A DNA stretch of 64,000 nt from Bacteroidota bacterium (lineage in GTDB: Bacteria > Bacteroidota > Bacteroidia > AKYH767-A > 2013-40CM-41-45), in NCBI GenBank assembly GCA_031417555.1, contig JANOVV010000065.1, positions 6,566 to 70,565 of the forward strand, written 5' to 3'. The position numbers and the translations under genes are program-made. The notes under the pieces were generated by a model that saw only the letters and a list, made by a program, of their open reading frames with translations, was not told the origin of the DNA and searched no databases. This document shows, one piece after another, positions 1-10,771 of this stretch. Numbering within the stretch: the stretch's first letter is position 1; every line of letters starts with the position of its first letter.

Positions 1-376
1 TCACATGTATATTTTAAAAACTCCAGACGCTCTTTCCGGTTTTCGTCATGCAAAAAAAACAAGTTTAACTCGTTTAAAGGAGTTTGCTTGTGTGTAAATG
101 CAATAATCTTTAACTGATCCAATGAGCTTTTTTTTATTCTGACAGCAAAGGTCTAAAAGGTTATTTTTCCTCTGTCATAACACTGTCATGAAGGATAAAA
201 TACAAGTGTTATTTCATTTAAGAAACAAAAAACGATATGATCATTATCATGAAGATAAAAGACAGTTTTCGTTAATAGCTTATTAATAAATCTTTGCTAC
301 AATGCTTTGAGAAGAAAATCCAATCTTTGCAAACCAGAAAGACATTTTACGAAAACAAAAACATCATAAAAACCGC

Positions 377-826
377 ATGAATTCCGCACATTGGCACTTG
401 TTATTAAACCATTTTCCGATTATAGGGACTTATTTCAGTACACTTTTACTAATCGTTGGTATAATGTTAAAAAGCCATCATGTAAAAAATATCGCTTTGG
501 AATTCTTCACTCTTACTGCACTTTTTGCTATACCAACTTTTCTAACCGGTGAAGGCGCAGAAGATGTACTTATTTCAATAGGGCAGAAAAATGAAACGTT
601 TATTCATTCCCATGAGCAATAAGCTCAAAACGCATTTTGGTTATCCATATCGATAGCTATTATTTCATTTGGAGTATTATTAGGAAGATTAGCTATTAAA
701 AATAATCGAATATTAATTTTCACTATTCTGATTGCCGGAATGGTAAATTCTTCACTAATGGCTCTAGCAGGAAATTCGGTCGGTCAAATAAGACATACGG
801 AAATTCGGACAAAAAATTCCGAATAA
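377..826 (+). pseudogene. Small polytopic membrane protein reading frame interrupted by an in-frame TAA at 620-622. The frame continues another 67 codons to a stop at 824-826. Possible pseudogene, sequencing error or readthrough.
   Basis: ORF 377..622 (81 aa, hydrophobic helices). Manual translation of the same frame after the TAA gives AQNAFWLSISIAIISFGVLLGRLAIKNNRILIFTILIAGMVNSSLMALAGNSVGQIRHTEIRTKNSE, further TM-like segments. Confidence 0.4.
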
Positions 827-901
827 AATAAAAATGACAATTAGAAAATAATCTTCCTTGTGAAAAGAAGGTGAAATAATTTCTATTTCCCGGATGTTCT
901 T

Positions 902-2713
902 TTAACTCTCACCTTCCAAATTAGAATTCTTAGTTTCCGAATATGGTGTCGTCTGAGGAATGAAATCATCTTCAGAACCCGGCTTTCCATAGTCATACGG
1001 CCAGCGATAAACGGTTGGAATCTCTCCAGGCCAGTTGCCATGAAGATGTTCTACAGGTGCTGTCCATTCAATTGTATTTGACTTCCATGGATTCTGACTT
1101 GATTTTTTACCGCGATACATGCTATAGAAAAAATTAAATGCAAATATCAGCTGAGCAAGACCTCCTAGAATTGCAAAAACAGAAACGATAACATTGATGT
1201 TTATGGCAGCATCAAATCCTTCGTAAGATGTAAATGCATAATAACGACGAGGTGCTCCTGATAACCCTATAAAGTGCATTGGAAAGAATGTTCCATAAAC
1301 ACTAAATATCGTCAACCAAAAATGTAAATATCCCAAACGTTTATCCATCATTCTTCCAAACATTCTAGGAAACCAATGGTAAATTCCTGCAAACATTCCG
1401 AAGATAGCCGAACTTCCCATTACAATATGAAAGTGAGCAACAACAAAATATGTATCATGAAGATTTATATCAAGTGCTGAATCCCCTAAAATAATTCCTG
1501 TCAATCCGCCTGAAATAAAGAATGAAACAAGACCAACAGCAAATAACATCGCCGGCGATAAAACGATATTCGCTTTCCATAAAGTCGCCAGGTAATTGAA
1601 AACCTTTACGGCTGATGGAATAGCCACAAGCAGTGTTGTAAATACGAAAACAGATCCAAGGAATGGATTCATCCCGGTAATAAACATATGATGCCCCCAA
1701 ACAACGAATGAAAGAAAAGCAATCACAAGCATTGAGCCGATCATTGCTTTGTATCCGAATATTGGTTTACGCGATTGCGTAGATATAACCTCTGATGCAA
1801 GTCCGAGAGCAGGAAGAAGAACGATATAAACTTCCGGGTGCCCTAAGAACCAGAAAAGGTGTTGAAATAGAATCGGGCTTCCTCCGCTGTAATGCAATGG
1901 TGCGCCATTGATAAAAATATCAGACAGATAAAAACTTGTTCCAAAACTACGATCAAATAATAACAGCAAGGCTGCTGCAAATAACACAGGGAAAGAAAGT
2001 ATTCCCAGAATAGCTGTAATTAAAAACGCCCATATAGTTAATGGAAGGCGGGTCATGCTCATTCCTTTTGTTCGCAGGTTGATAATTGTAACAACGTAAT
2101 TAATACCGCCTAATAAAGCAGAAGCAATAAATAAAACCATACTAATCAACCATAAAGTCATCCCCAATCCCGACCCGGGAATTGCCTGCGGCAATGCACT
2201 CAGAGGCGGATAAATTGTCCATCCACCAGATGCCGGTCCCATTTCAACAAATAAAGAAGCCGTCATAACTGCACAGCTACCAAAAAAGAACCAATACGAT
2301 AACATATTCAGAAATCCCGAAGCCATATCCCTGGCTCCGATTTGAAATGGAATCAAGAGATTACTAAAGGTTCCCGATAATCCGCCCGTTAGTACAAAGA
2401 ATACCATGATAGTTCCATGAATAGTAACCAACGCCAGATAAAAACTTGGATCAAGTTTTCCGCCTTTGCCCCAATGGCCAATTAGTTTTTCTATAATCGG
2501 AAATTTCTGATCCGGCCAACCCAGTTGAAGTCTGAAAATAAGGGACATTATCATCGCAACAAAAGCCATAATAATTGCAGTCACAAGGAACTGCTTGGAA
2601 ATCATTTTATGGTCCTGGCTGAAGATGTACTTTGACCAGAAAGTATCGTGATGCTCATGATGATCATGCGCTTCTTGCACATGTACAGCATGATCGGATG
2701 AATGAGTTGACAT
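902..2713 (-). CDS. ctaD: Cytochrome c oxidase (heme-copper oxidase) subunit I
   Basis: 603 aa, 12+ TM helices, and hallmark motifs GHPEVYIVLLPALG and HHMF. Immediately downstream of subunit II. Confidence 0.95.
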   Translation of the reverse strand: MSTHSSDHAVHVQEAHDHHEHHDTFWSKYIFSQDHKMISKQFLVTAIIMAFVAMIMSLIFRLQLGWPDQKFPIIEKLIGHWGKGGKLDPSFYLALVTIHGTIMVFFVLTGGLSGTFSNLLIPFQIGARDMASGFLNMLSYWFFFGSCAVMTASLFVEMGPASGGWTIYPPLSALPQAIPGSGLGMTLWLISMVLFIASALLGGINYVVTIINLRTKGMSMTRLPLTIWAFLITAILGILSFPVLFAAALLLLFDRSFGTSFYLSDIFINGAPLHYSGGSPILFQHLFWFLGHPEVYIVLLPALGLASEVISTQSRKPIFGYKAMIGSMLVIAFLSFVVWGHHMFITGMNPFLGSVFVFTTLLVAIPSAVKVFNYLATLWKANIVLSPAMLFAVGLVSFFISGGLTGIILGDSALDINLHDTYFVVAHFHIVMGSSAIFGMFAGIYHWFPRMFGRMMDKRLGYLHFWLTIFSVYGTFFPMHFIGLSGAPRRYYAFTSYEGFDAAININVIVSVFAILGGLAQLIFAFNFFYSMYRGKKSSQNPWKSNTIEWTAPVEHLHGNWPGEIPTVYRWPYDYGKPGSEDDFIPQTTPYSETKNSNLEGES

Positions 2714-2756
2714 TTTATCGGTAATTTATAGAATGAAGATAAAAATTCTTACTGAG

Positions 2757-3800
2757 TTATAGTTTCGATAATACTTTAACAGCAGTTTTTGGTCCTTCTG
2801 CTGTTTTTACTGAATCCGTAATTGCCGGAGTTGCTACTTCACGGGAGAATACATATTGTTGTTTCTTATACCATCTTCTGAAAGCTTCCGGACTTTCAAT
2901 TACAAGATTCATTTTCATATTGTAATGTGCCACTCCACAGACTTTATTGCAGAGAAGGACATATTCAAACTTGGGATTATTTGTAATCAGACGCATGCTG
3001 TCTGTTGTAATCGTTGGTTCAACAAAAAATTCTGTAGTCATTCCCGGAACACAATTCATCTGTGCACGTAAGTGAGGGAAATAAGCACTATGAATTACAT
3101 CGCGTGAATGGAATTTAAAAATGATTTTTGAATTAACAGGAAGATGAAGTTCGTTTACTATTTTATCATCCTTTGAACTGCTGTCCAATGAATCCACACC
3201 TAATGGATTCTGATCTGTAATCATTTTAAAATTTGACTTTCCTAATAAATTATCTTCACCTCCAAATCGTGCTGTCCAATCGAATTGCTTTCCATAAACT
3301 TCAATAATCATTGCGTCTGCCGGAGCTGGATTGGTAATGTTAATCCAAAGTTTTAAACCATAAACAATAAGTCCCATTAAAACAATGGCTGGAATAACTG
3401 TCCAAATAAATTCGAGCTTATGATTGACCGGCCAGAAGAACGCTTTTTCACCTTTCTTGTGTCTGTATTTAAAGCAATACCAGAAAAGAAGAAATTGAGT
3501 TATAAAAAATACAACACATATTAATCCAAAGTTAAGATAAAGATAGCTGTCAACTAAAACACCGTGTTTACTAGCAGCAATAGGTAAAAGATATTTTTTA
3601 GCATCGATGGTAAAATATATCATCCCTAAGAAACAAACTATCATGAAAAACATGGACATTCTTCCATTGAAAAGATTATCCTGATGAGTGATATTTTCTT
3701 CTTCGCCTTTAAGGTCTCGTACAAGCTCCATCACTCTAATCAACCGCCAGAGTGTGAGGGCAGATAAAACGACAACAACGTATGTCAACAAATTTATCAT
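2757..3800 (-). CDS. ctaC: Cytochrome c oxidase subunit II (CuA cupredoxin domain, no C-terminal cytochrome c domain)
   Basis: N-terminal TM helices then a cupredoxin domain with CuA ligand pattern H...CNKVCGVAHYNM (C-x3-C-G-x2-H-x2-M). No CxxCH. Sits upstream of subunit I. Confidence 0.85.
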   Translation of the reverse strand: MINLLTYVVVVLSALTLWRLIRVMELVRDLKGEEENITHQDNLFNGRMSMFFMIVCFLGMIYFTIDAKKYLLPIAASKHGVLVDSYLYLNFGLICVVFFITQFLLFWYCFKYRHKKGEKAFFWPVNHKLEFIWTVIPAIVLMGLIVYGLKLWINITNPAPADAMIIEVYGKQFDWTARFGGEDNLLGKSNFKMITDQNPLGVDSLDSSSKDDKIVNELHLPVNSKIIFKFHSRDVIHSAYFPHLRAQMNCVPGMTTEFFVEPTITTDSMRLITNNPKFEYVLLCNKVCGVAHYNMKMNLVIESPEAFRRWYKKQQYVFSREVATPAITDSVKTAEGPKTAVKVLSKL

Positions 3801-3847
3801 GGATGGTTTATTCTTTTTTCAATTATTTAATACTGTCGTTTTACCGA

Positions 3848-5026
3848 TTATATTTGATGATGTAAACTTTCAGATAACATTGGATGGTTTTTCGGAACGA
3901 GAGCGGCTTTCGTTAATTCAGTAAGAGTTACAAAAATAAATAAGCCAAGGTATCCCAACATTGTTCCGATTTCAATAAAACCAATCTGCCAGTTTGTTCC
4001 TACCGTTCCCGGCATAACCATAAGATAAACATCGAGCCAGTGACCGGCAAGAATTATTATACCGCCAACCCACAATATTTTGCTTTGACGTTTTGAATCT
4101 CTTGTCATTAGTACAAGGAATGGTGCACAGAAATTTATTAAAAGGTTAGCAACCCAAAGTGTGCGGAAATAATTCCATCGCACTTGATAATAAACAACTT
4201 CTTCCGGAAGATTTGCATACCATATCAACATGAATTGAGAAAACCATAAGTACGTCCAGAAAATTGAAAAGGCAAACATGAATTTTCCGACGTCATGCAA
4301 ATGGTTTTCTGTCACATTCTCCATATATCCACGGCTGCGCAGATAAAGTATGATTAAACACATCATTGCCATTCCGCTAACAAAAAGTCCGATAAATGTA
4401 TACCATCCAAACAATGTACTGAACCAATGAGCATCAATACTCATTAATATATCCCAGGCAGAAGTTGATGATGTTATAGCAAACAATACAAGGAAAACTG
4501 CTGATAATGTAATGCTCTTCTTATAATGTATTAATCCGCCTTCCTGATCTTCCAAAAGACTTTGACGACGAAGCATGTGTGTAAAGCCAATCCAAATAGC
4601 AGCATAAATTACTAATCGGATTACAAAGAAAGGAACATTTAGAAATCCGCTTTTGCCTGCCAGAATGTGATCGTATTCAGGACTATTTACATCATAATAT
4701 TGCGAATGTGTCCAATAGTATAAATCATGATGACCCAGCACAAAAATAAGTATCATTCCTACCATTGCATACTTTAGAAATCCTCCCATAGCTTCAGGCA
4801 CTCTTTTGATAGCGACCGACCAACCGGCTTGTGCTACATAATTAAATGCCATGAAAAAAGTTCCGCAAAGGGAAATCGCCATGAAATAAAAATTATTCTG
4901 CAACAAAACCGCCCATGTGCGTGTTTTGTCAGTCATGAATCCTACGGTAATAGCAGCAATTCCGATCGCAATCATGATCATTGGAATTACTTTATTATTC
5001 CGGTTAAGTTCGTATTTTCTATCCAT
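3848..5026 (-). CDS. actF: Alternative complex III subunit ActF (NrfD/PsrC-like polytopic membrane protein)
   Basis: Polytopic membrane protein at the end of the act cluster. The ORF track starts at a TTG (5158) that would overlap actE; ATG at 5026 (MDRKYELNRNNK...) is preferred. Confidence 0.75.
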   Translation of the reverse strand: MDRKYELNRNNKVIPMIMIAIGIAAITVGFMTDKTRTWAVLLQNNFYFMAISLCGTFFMAFNYVAQAGWSVAIKRVPEAMGGFLKYAMVGMILIFVLGHHDLYYWTHSQYYDVNSPEYDHILAGKSGFLNVPFFVIRLVIYAAIWIGFTHMLRRQSLLEDQEGGLIHYKKSITLSAVFLVLFAITSSTSAWDILMSIDAHWFSTLFGWYTFIGLFVSGMAMMCLIILYLRSRGYMENVTENHLHDVGKFMFAFSIFWTYLWFSQFMLIWYANLPEEVVYYQVRWNYFRTLWVANLLINFCAPFLVLMTRDSKRQSKILWVGGIIILAGHWLDVYLMVMPGTVGTNWQIGFIEIGTMLGYLGLFIFVTLTELTKAALVPKNHPMLSESLHHQI

Positions 5027-5052
5027 CGTATCGTGACAATTGGTGAAACCTT

Positions 5053-5694
5053 TTACATTTTTATTGTTGCTCCTGCTTTTACAGAATCCGTTTTTGCGGC
5101 TGAAGCCGTCTGATCCTGTGGTTGCTGAAGTGTAATTACATAAAATATTATCTTCCAACGTTGAGTTGGCGTTAATTGCGATGCATGTGAACCCATCATG
5201 TTTTTTCCATATTCAATCGTATGAAACATTTTTCCTTCGGGAAGATTTTTCAACTGATCGGAAGAATACGATGGTGGTATGGGTCCATTTCTTTGTACAA
5301 CAAGTCCATCGCCTTTTCCTGTCGCTCCATGACAATGTGTACAATAATTTTCATAGAGTCTTTTTCCTTCGGCCATATTCGCTTCTGTTTTCTCAAGCGG
5401 ATTACGGAGTTTTAATCCTGCTTCTTCATAACCTTCCGGAGTATTTGGATAAGGATAAGGCAAGCGATCGTAATCTGTAAAGATAGCATCTCCACGAGCA
5501 ATAGTTCCTGCAACCGGTTGTCTTGCTGTCATACTATCCGGGAAATTTGGATTCTCAGAATAGGTTTCATACGAAGGTGAACGATACATGTCGGGCATGT
5601 ATTCATATCCCGGTTTTTTAGGATCGTCATTGGCACATGATGACATCAGTATAATTACTGTTGCCGGAAGGATATATAAGAATATTTTTTTCAT
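5053..5694 (-). CDS. actE: Alternative complex III subunit ActE, monoheme c-type cytochrome lipoprotein
   Basis: Signal peptide with lipobox (LMSSC), single CTHCHG heme-binding motif, position within the act cluster. Confidence 0.8.
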   Translation of the reverse strand: MKKIFLYILPATVIILMSSCANDDPKKPGYEYMPDMYRSPSYETYSENPNFPDSMTARQPVAGTIARGDAIFTDYDRLPYPYPNTPEGYEEAGLKLRNPLEKTEANMAEGKRLYENYCTHCHGATGKGDGLVVQRNGPIPPSYSSDQLKNLPEGKMFHTIEYGKNMMGSHASQLTPTQRWKIIFYVITLQQPQDQTASAAKTDSVKAGATIKM

Positions 5695-5702
5695 TACTCA
5701 GT

Positions 5703-6236
5703 TCACGAAAATTGCATGGATTTATACAAAACATCAGATGCTCCAGACGATTTAATGAGTTCCCCAACTTCACCGGTTTTACTCTCGTCTTTTACATCTA
5801 CATGTAAAACAAATTTATCATCTGTAATTCTTGGATGCGGAATTGGTGCAGTTACACCGGGAAGAATTTTACTTCTCAAAAGAAAAGTAAGTGCCATACC
5901 GTGTGCCGCACAAAATACTGTTAACTCGAATGTGATAGGGATAAACGCTGGAAGGTTCATGTACAACATGAAATTCGGTTTACCTCCGATATTAATCGGC
6001 CAGTCATGAATCATCATATACCAGGCCATCCAAAGTGCAAAGGATGTCCCGCTTATACCATATAAAAATGCTGTAATTGATATACGTGTCCGAGGTACAT
6101 TCAGTAAAGAATCAATACCATGAACCGGAAAAGGACTCTGTAAATCTTTACATACAACGCCTTGTGCCTGAAGCTTAGGAATAGCCTGCATCAAAATTTC
6201 TTCGTCGTCGTAAATTCCAAAAATTCTTTTTGTCAT
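5703..6236 (-). CDS. actD: Alternative complex III subunit ActD (small membrane-associated subunit)
   Basis: 177 aa with a central hydrophobic segment. Conserved position between actC and actE. Confidence 0.65.
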   Translation of the reverse strand: MTKRIFGIYDDEEILMQAIPKLQAQGVVCKDLQSPFPVHGIDSLLNVPRTRISITAFLYGISGTSFALWMAWYMMIHDWPINIGGKPNFMLYMNLPAFIPITFELTVFCAAHGMALTFLLRSKILPGVTAPIPHPRITDDKFVLHVDVKDESKTGEVGELIKSSGASDVLYKSMQFS

Positions 6237-6245
6237 GTCGAATAA

Positions 6246-7625
6246 TTAAACTCCTTTTTTCTTGTACTGATTACTTGTTTTCTTAATAATCGTTTTTAAT
6301 TCCGCCAATGCTATCACAGGAAATACACGAGAGAACACCAGAAAACAAGTAAAGAATAAACCTATAGTTCCAACGAAAATTCCAACTTCGATATAAGTAG
6401 GCGAATACATTACCCAACTCGAAGGAAGATAATCCCGGTGCAATGATGTAACAATAATTACAAATCGCTCAAACCACATTCCAATATTTACAAATATTGA
6501 AATGATGAATGTCGCCATTACGCTGGTTCTAATTTTTTTCACCCAGAACAATTGCGGTGTAATCACATTGCATGTCATCATGCTCCAATAAGCCCACCAA
6601 TACGGACCAAAAGCACGATTCATAAATGCATAACTTTCATATTGAACTCCCGAATACCAGGCCATGAAGAACTCAGTAATATAAGCTATACCAACGATTG
6701 ATCCTGTTAATATGATAACCTTATTCATTAGCTCGATATGCTGAATACTTATATACTCTTCCAGTCCCAATACTTTTCTGGCAACTATCATTAATGTAAG
6801 CACCATTGCAAATCCCGAAAATATCGCACCGGCAACGAAGTAAGGAGGAAAAATCGTTGTATGCCATCCAGGTACTATCGATGTAGCAAAGTCAAAGGAT
6901 ACAATCGTATGAACTGAAAGTACAAGCGGAGTAGATAATCCTGCTAATACTAATGATACTTCTTCAAAACGATGCCAGTCACGTGCTGTTCCTTTCCATC
7001 CGAAAGAAAGAATTCCATAAATAAATCTCTTTGTCGGATTAATACAACGATCCCGAACTGTTGCCAGATCCGGAAGTAAACCCAGATACCAGAATACCAA
7101 TGAAACAGAGAAATAAGTTGAGATCGCAAATACATCCCATAAAAGCGGTGAGTTAAAATTCACCCACAATGACCCAAATTGATTCGGCAGTGGAAGCATC
7201 CAGTAATCAAGCCATGGCCGCCCTGTGTGGAACAATGGAAAAAGACCGGCACATATTACAGCGAATATTGTCATCGCTTCTGCCGAACGATTGATTGACA
7301 TTCTCCAACGCTGACGAAACAAAAGAAGGATCGCTGATATAAGAGTTCCGGCATGACCAATACCGATCCACCAAACGAAATTTGTAATATCCCATGCCCA
7401 ACCCACTGTCTTATTTGCTCCCCATGATCCAATACCATTACCAATAGTATACGCAAGGCATGTCATTCCCCATATCATCGCCGTGAAAGCAATGAAAAAA
7501 GAAGCCCACCAATATTTATTGGCTTTACCTTCAATCGGACGACAGATATCTTCTGTTATCTGATGGTAAGATTTTTTTCCGAGTATTAAGGGGTCCCGGA
7601 CAACCGATTCGTGATTACCACTCAT
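6246..7625 (-). CDS. actC: Alternative complex III subunit ActC (NrfD/PsrC-family quinol-interacting membrane subunit)
   Basis: 459 aa polytopic membrane protein, NrfD-like, directly downstream of actB. Confidence 0.85.
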   Translation of the reverse strand: MSGNHESVVRDPLILGKKSYHQITEDICRPIEGKANKYWWASFFIAFTAMIWGMTCLAYTIGNGIGSWGANKTVGWAWDITNFVWWIGIGHAGTLISAILLLFRQRWRMSINRSAEAMTIFAVICAGLFPLFHTGRPWLDYWMLPLPNQFGSLWVNFNSPLLWDVFAISTYFSVSLVFWYLGLLPDLATVRDRCINPTKRFIYGILSFGWKGTARDWHRFEEVSLVLAGLSTPLVLSVHTIVSFDFATSIVPGWHTTIFPPYFVAGAIFSGFAMVLTLMIVARKVLGLEEYISIQHIELMNKVIILTGSIVGIAYITEFFMAWYSGVQYESYAFMNRAFGPYWWAYWSMMTCNVITPQLFWVKKIRTSVMATFIISIFVNIGMWFERFVIIVTSLHRDYLPSSWVMYSPTYIEVGIFVGTIGLFFTCFLVFSRVFPVIALAELKTIIKKTSNQYKKKGV

Positions 7626-7661
7626 GCTTTTATTTCTATCACTTGAAAATCATATTATCAA

Positions 7662-10600
7662 CTATGCTTCTTTCTCTTCCTCTATGTTACGAACTTTTGT
7701 TTGGTAAAATACATTGGGCTGTACATTCAATTCGCCGAGTAAATGATAACTTCTCTCTTCCGGCTTCCACATTTTATTCAATGCGCTTTCCGAAAGATTA
7801 TAATCACCAAATGTAATTGCATTGGTCGGACATGTTTGTGCACATGCTGTATTCACTTCTCCTTCTTTTACTGTTCTTCCTGCTTTTTTCGCATTCAGTT
7901 TTCCTTCTTGCAATCGCTGAACACACATCGTACATTTTTCCATTACACCGCGTGAGCGAACGACAACATCAGGATTTAGAACCATTTTCCCTAAATCGTT
8001 ATTTATATTGAAATCGAATTTCGGATTATCAGAATAACGGAACCAGTTGAATCGACGAACTTTGTACGGACAGTTGTTTGCGCAATAGCGAGTACCAACG
8101 CAACGGTTATAAATCATTTGATTTAATCCTTCTGAACTATGGCTTGTTGCAATCACCGGACAAACAGTTTCGCACGGTGCATGATTGCAATGTTGACACA
8201 TGACAGGCTGGAAGACTACTTTTGGCATATCACTAGGATCTTCCATTTTCTTTATGTCGCCCTCTTCTCCTTCTTTAGGATCAAAATCACTAGTATAATA
8301 ACGATCAATACGCATCCAATGCATTTCACGGCTGCGCATAACCTCATCTTTACCTACTACAGGAACATTATTTTCAGCAGTACAAGCAACAACGCAAGCG
8401 CCGCATCCAATACATGAATTAAGGTCGATTGACATTCCCCAGTGGTGATTTCCTATTTCATGTTCATCCCATAATGTTACTTTTTCTACAGGCTGTTTCG
8501 AAATATCCTTACCAACTTTTACTTCAATAAGCTCCGGTTCATTTCCTGAATTAGGCTCTTTAATATATTTTTTAAGTGTTGTCTCTTTTACAATCGCACG
8601 ACCCATCATCGTATGATGAGATTGAGTAGCGGCAAATTGGTAATTGTCATCAACCGTTTTCTGAATATCAATAGCTGTCGAATAGGTTAACATGTTATTT
8701 ACAACGCCAACCAAAGCGAATGCATTTACACCAATAAAATCAGCAGTTTTTCCTGCCGCTGTACGTCCGTATCCAACAGCTATGGAAACTGTTCCTGGAG
8801 TTTGTCCGGGTTGAATAAGTACAGGTACTTTTAAAGAAGTGTTGGAAGATTTAACTGTAACAATATTTCCCTGCTGCCATCCTTTTTCACGTGCATCACG
8901 AGGAGAAACAGCTAGATAATTATCCCAGGTAATTTTAGAAATCGGATCCGGCAATTCCTGTAACCATGGATTGTTTGCTTGCATTCCATTTCCAAGACCT
9001 GCTTTTTCATAAATAACCAATTCCATTCCATTGCCGCTTTTTCCACTTTCGTTTATCAAAGAAAGATCTGAAACAGAAGTACGTTTACCTAGGGAAACTG
9101 ATGTTGATTTTTCATAAACACCATCTTGTAAAAGTTTTCCCCAACTCACGTCAGAAGAAATATTTTTCCAGTTAGCCTCCATATAATCATGAAAAGGTGT
9201 TTTATTACCTGCCCATGAAAGAAGACTTTCCTGCATCTGTCTTGTATTAAATAAGGGTGCAATCGTTGGTTGGCCTAGAGAATAAAAACCTTTCTTTGGT
9301 TCAGCATCCGACCATGATTCCAATGGATGATGATCAGGACAAATTAAACCGCACAAAGAAGCAGTCTCATCGGCACGATCAGCAAAAGAAACAGATAGTT
9401 CTACTCTTTTTATTGAATCAGCAAATGATTTTCCGTTTGGTAAACTATAAACAGGATTGCAATTGTATATGAAGAGTGCTGATACTTCGCCTTTTTGCAT
9501 TTCATCAATGAAAGCAAAAAGATCAGCGTCATTCCCTTTTCTTAGTAAACAAGTATTATCAAGATCAATAGTATTTCCATAACTATCGAGCATGGAATTA
9601 ATTCCATTAATTATTTTTTGTGAAGCAAGATCATTGATTCCACATACAACAAGAGCTTTTCCGCGGTTTGCCCATAATTCAGCTGCCAGTTTTTCAATTA
9701 CAGGAGCATTAACAGATGCAGACCCCGCTGACTTCATTCCTGCTTTTGATGCAATTGAATTATGCAAAGCGATAATATAAGAAAGCTGTTGAGATGGTTT
9801 AATACCTGTACGAATATCAGCATTACTTCCTGTTACCGACAAAGCACTTTCAAACTGATAATGACGCGACATTTCTTTTCGGCCATTATTAAGTTTACGA
9901 GTCTCTGCATATTGAGCAGCGCATTCAATCGGTGAAATCCAATTGAGTAGAAAATCACAATCAAATCCTACAATAACATTTGCTTTATTAAACAAATAAG
10001 AAGGAATTCCCTCTACTCCAAAACTATCCTTATTTGCCTGTATCATTGCTGCACAGGAAACAGAATCGTGTTGAATATGTTTAGTTGTAGGGTATTTTGC
10101 AGTAAAATCAGAAATAACTTTTAATGTCGTCGGACTAACTACGGTAGATGAAAGAATTCGAATCTTTCCTCCGGCAGCTGCTATCGTAGATAATTTTTCA
10201 GTTATCGCTTTATCAACTGTAGTCCAATCGGCTATATTATTATTCATAACCGGACCGCGTAATCGTGCATTATCATATAAAGAAAGAACAGATGCCTGTA
10301 CTCTTGCATTTATTTTTCCTTTTGAAATTGAGCTTAGCGAATTTCCTTCTATTTTTATCGGACGTCCTTCACGTGTTTTTACAACAATGCTTGCATAATC
10401 ATAACCATCTGCATATGTTGATGCATAATAATTGGCTATTCCCGGAGTTATTTGTTCCGGACGAATCAGATAAGGAATCGTTTTATGAACGGGCGTTTCG
10501 CAAGCCGCGAGAGAAGCAGCAGCAACACTAAATCCAAGAAACTTCAGAAAATCACGACGTGGAGTCAGACCTTCTTCTGTTTTTTTACTAATGACATCAT

Positions 10601-10697
10601 CGATAGGAATGTGTTCGAAAAATTCATTGTTTTTCAGACGCACGAATTCTGCATCGTTATGCAATTCATCTACACCTTTCCAGTATTTTTTTTCCAT
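7662..10697 (-). CDS. actB: Alternative complex III subunit ActB (molybdopterin-oxidoreductase-like domain fused to a 4Fe-4S ferredoxin domain, Tat signal)
   Basis: 1011 aa, twin-arginine motif RRDFLKFLG, C-terminal Cys clusters CIGCGACVVAC / CQHCNHAPCETVCPV / CVGTRYCANNCPY typical of the ActB2 FeS domain. Confidence 0.9.
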   Translation of the reverse strand: MEKKYWKGVDELHNDAEFVRLKNNEFFEHIPIDDVISKKTEEGLTPRRDFLKFLGFSVAAASLAACETPVHKTIPYLIRPEQITPGIANYYASTYADGYDYASIVVKTREGRPIKIEGNSLSSISKGKINARVQASVLSLYDNARLRGPVMNNNIADWTTVDKAITEKLSTIAAAGGKIRILSSTVVSPTTLKVISDFTAKYPTTKHIQHDSVSCAAMIQANKDSFGVEGIPSYLFNKANVIVGFDCDFLLNWISPIECAAQYAETRKLNNGRKEMSRHYQFESALSVTGSNADIRTGIKPSQQLSYIIALHNSIASKAGMKSAGSASVNAPVIEKLAAELWANRGKALVVCGINDLASQKIINGINSMLDSYGNTIDLDNTCLLRKGNDADLFAFIDEMQKGEVSALFIYNCNPVYSLPNGKSFADSIKRVELSVSFADRADETASLCGLICPDHHPLESWSDAEPKKGFYSLGQPTIAPLFNTRQMQESLLSWAGNKTPFHDYMEANWKNISSDVSWGKLLQDGVYEKSTSVSLGKRTSVSDLSLINESGKSGNGMELVIYEKAGLGNGMQANNPWLQELPDPISKITWDNYLAVSPRDAREKGWQQGNIVTVKSSNTSLKVPVLIQPGQTPGTVSIAVGYGRTAAGKTADFIGVNAFALVGVVNNMLTYSTAIDIQKTVDDNYQFAATQSHHTMMGRAIVKETTLKKYIKEPNSGNEPELIEVKVGKDISKQPVEKVTLWDEHEIGNHHWGMSIDLNSCIGCGACVVACTAENNVPVVGKDEVMRSREMHWMRIDRYYTSDFDPKEGEEGDIKKMEDPSDMPKVVFQPVMCQHCNHAPCETVCPVIATSHSSEGLNQMIYNRCVGTRYCANNCPYKVRRFNWFRYSDNPKFDFNINNDLGKMVLNPDVVVRSRGVMEKCTMCVQRLQEGKLNAKKAGRTVKEGEVNTACAQTCPTNAITFGDYNLSESALNKMWKPEERSYHLLGELNVQPNVFYQTKVRNIEEEKEA

Positions 10698-10771
10698 TGT
10701 AGGATATTGATGGTTTTTTTAAACCGGATATTTTTTATGCACGATATGTGCGATATATTTTATACTTCTTT

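Noticed and set aside
1470-1700. Antisense or embedded ORFs inside well-supported genes. Examples: 1470..1700, 2856..3071, 3688..3924, 4829..5113, 5166..5480, 5716..6009, 7743..8417, 9257..9780, 10265..10775, 10985..11685, 14602..14814, 18881..19153, 19490..19744, 27084..27353, 28197..28466, 29234..29452, 29827..30192, 31603..32718, 46122..46604, 54483..54747.
   Set aside because: They are fully nested in, or antisense to, ORFs with clear conserved-domain signatures. Their compositions are low-complexity or mirror images of the real frame. None shows motifs of its own.
5027-5158. Longer ActF ORF starting at TTG 5158 and overlapping actE by about 100 bp
   Set aside because: The ORF track counts TTG/GTG as starts. 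The first ATG (5026, MDRKYELNR...) removes the overlap and leaves a typical N-terminus. The same reasoning applies to 20344 vs 20392, 42142 vs 42178, 57280 vs 57328, and 62974 vs 62881.
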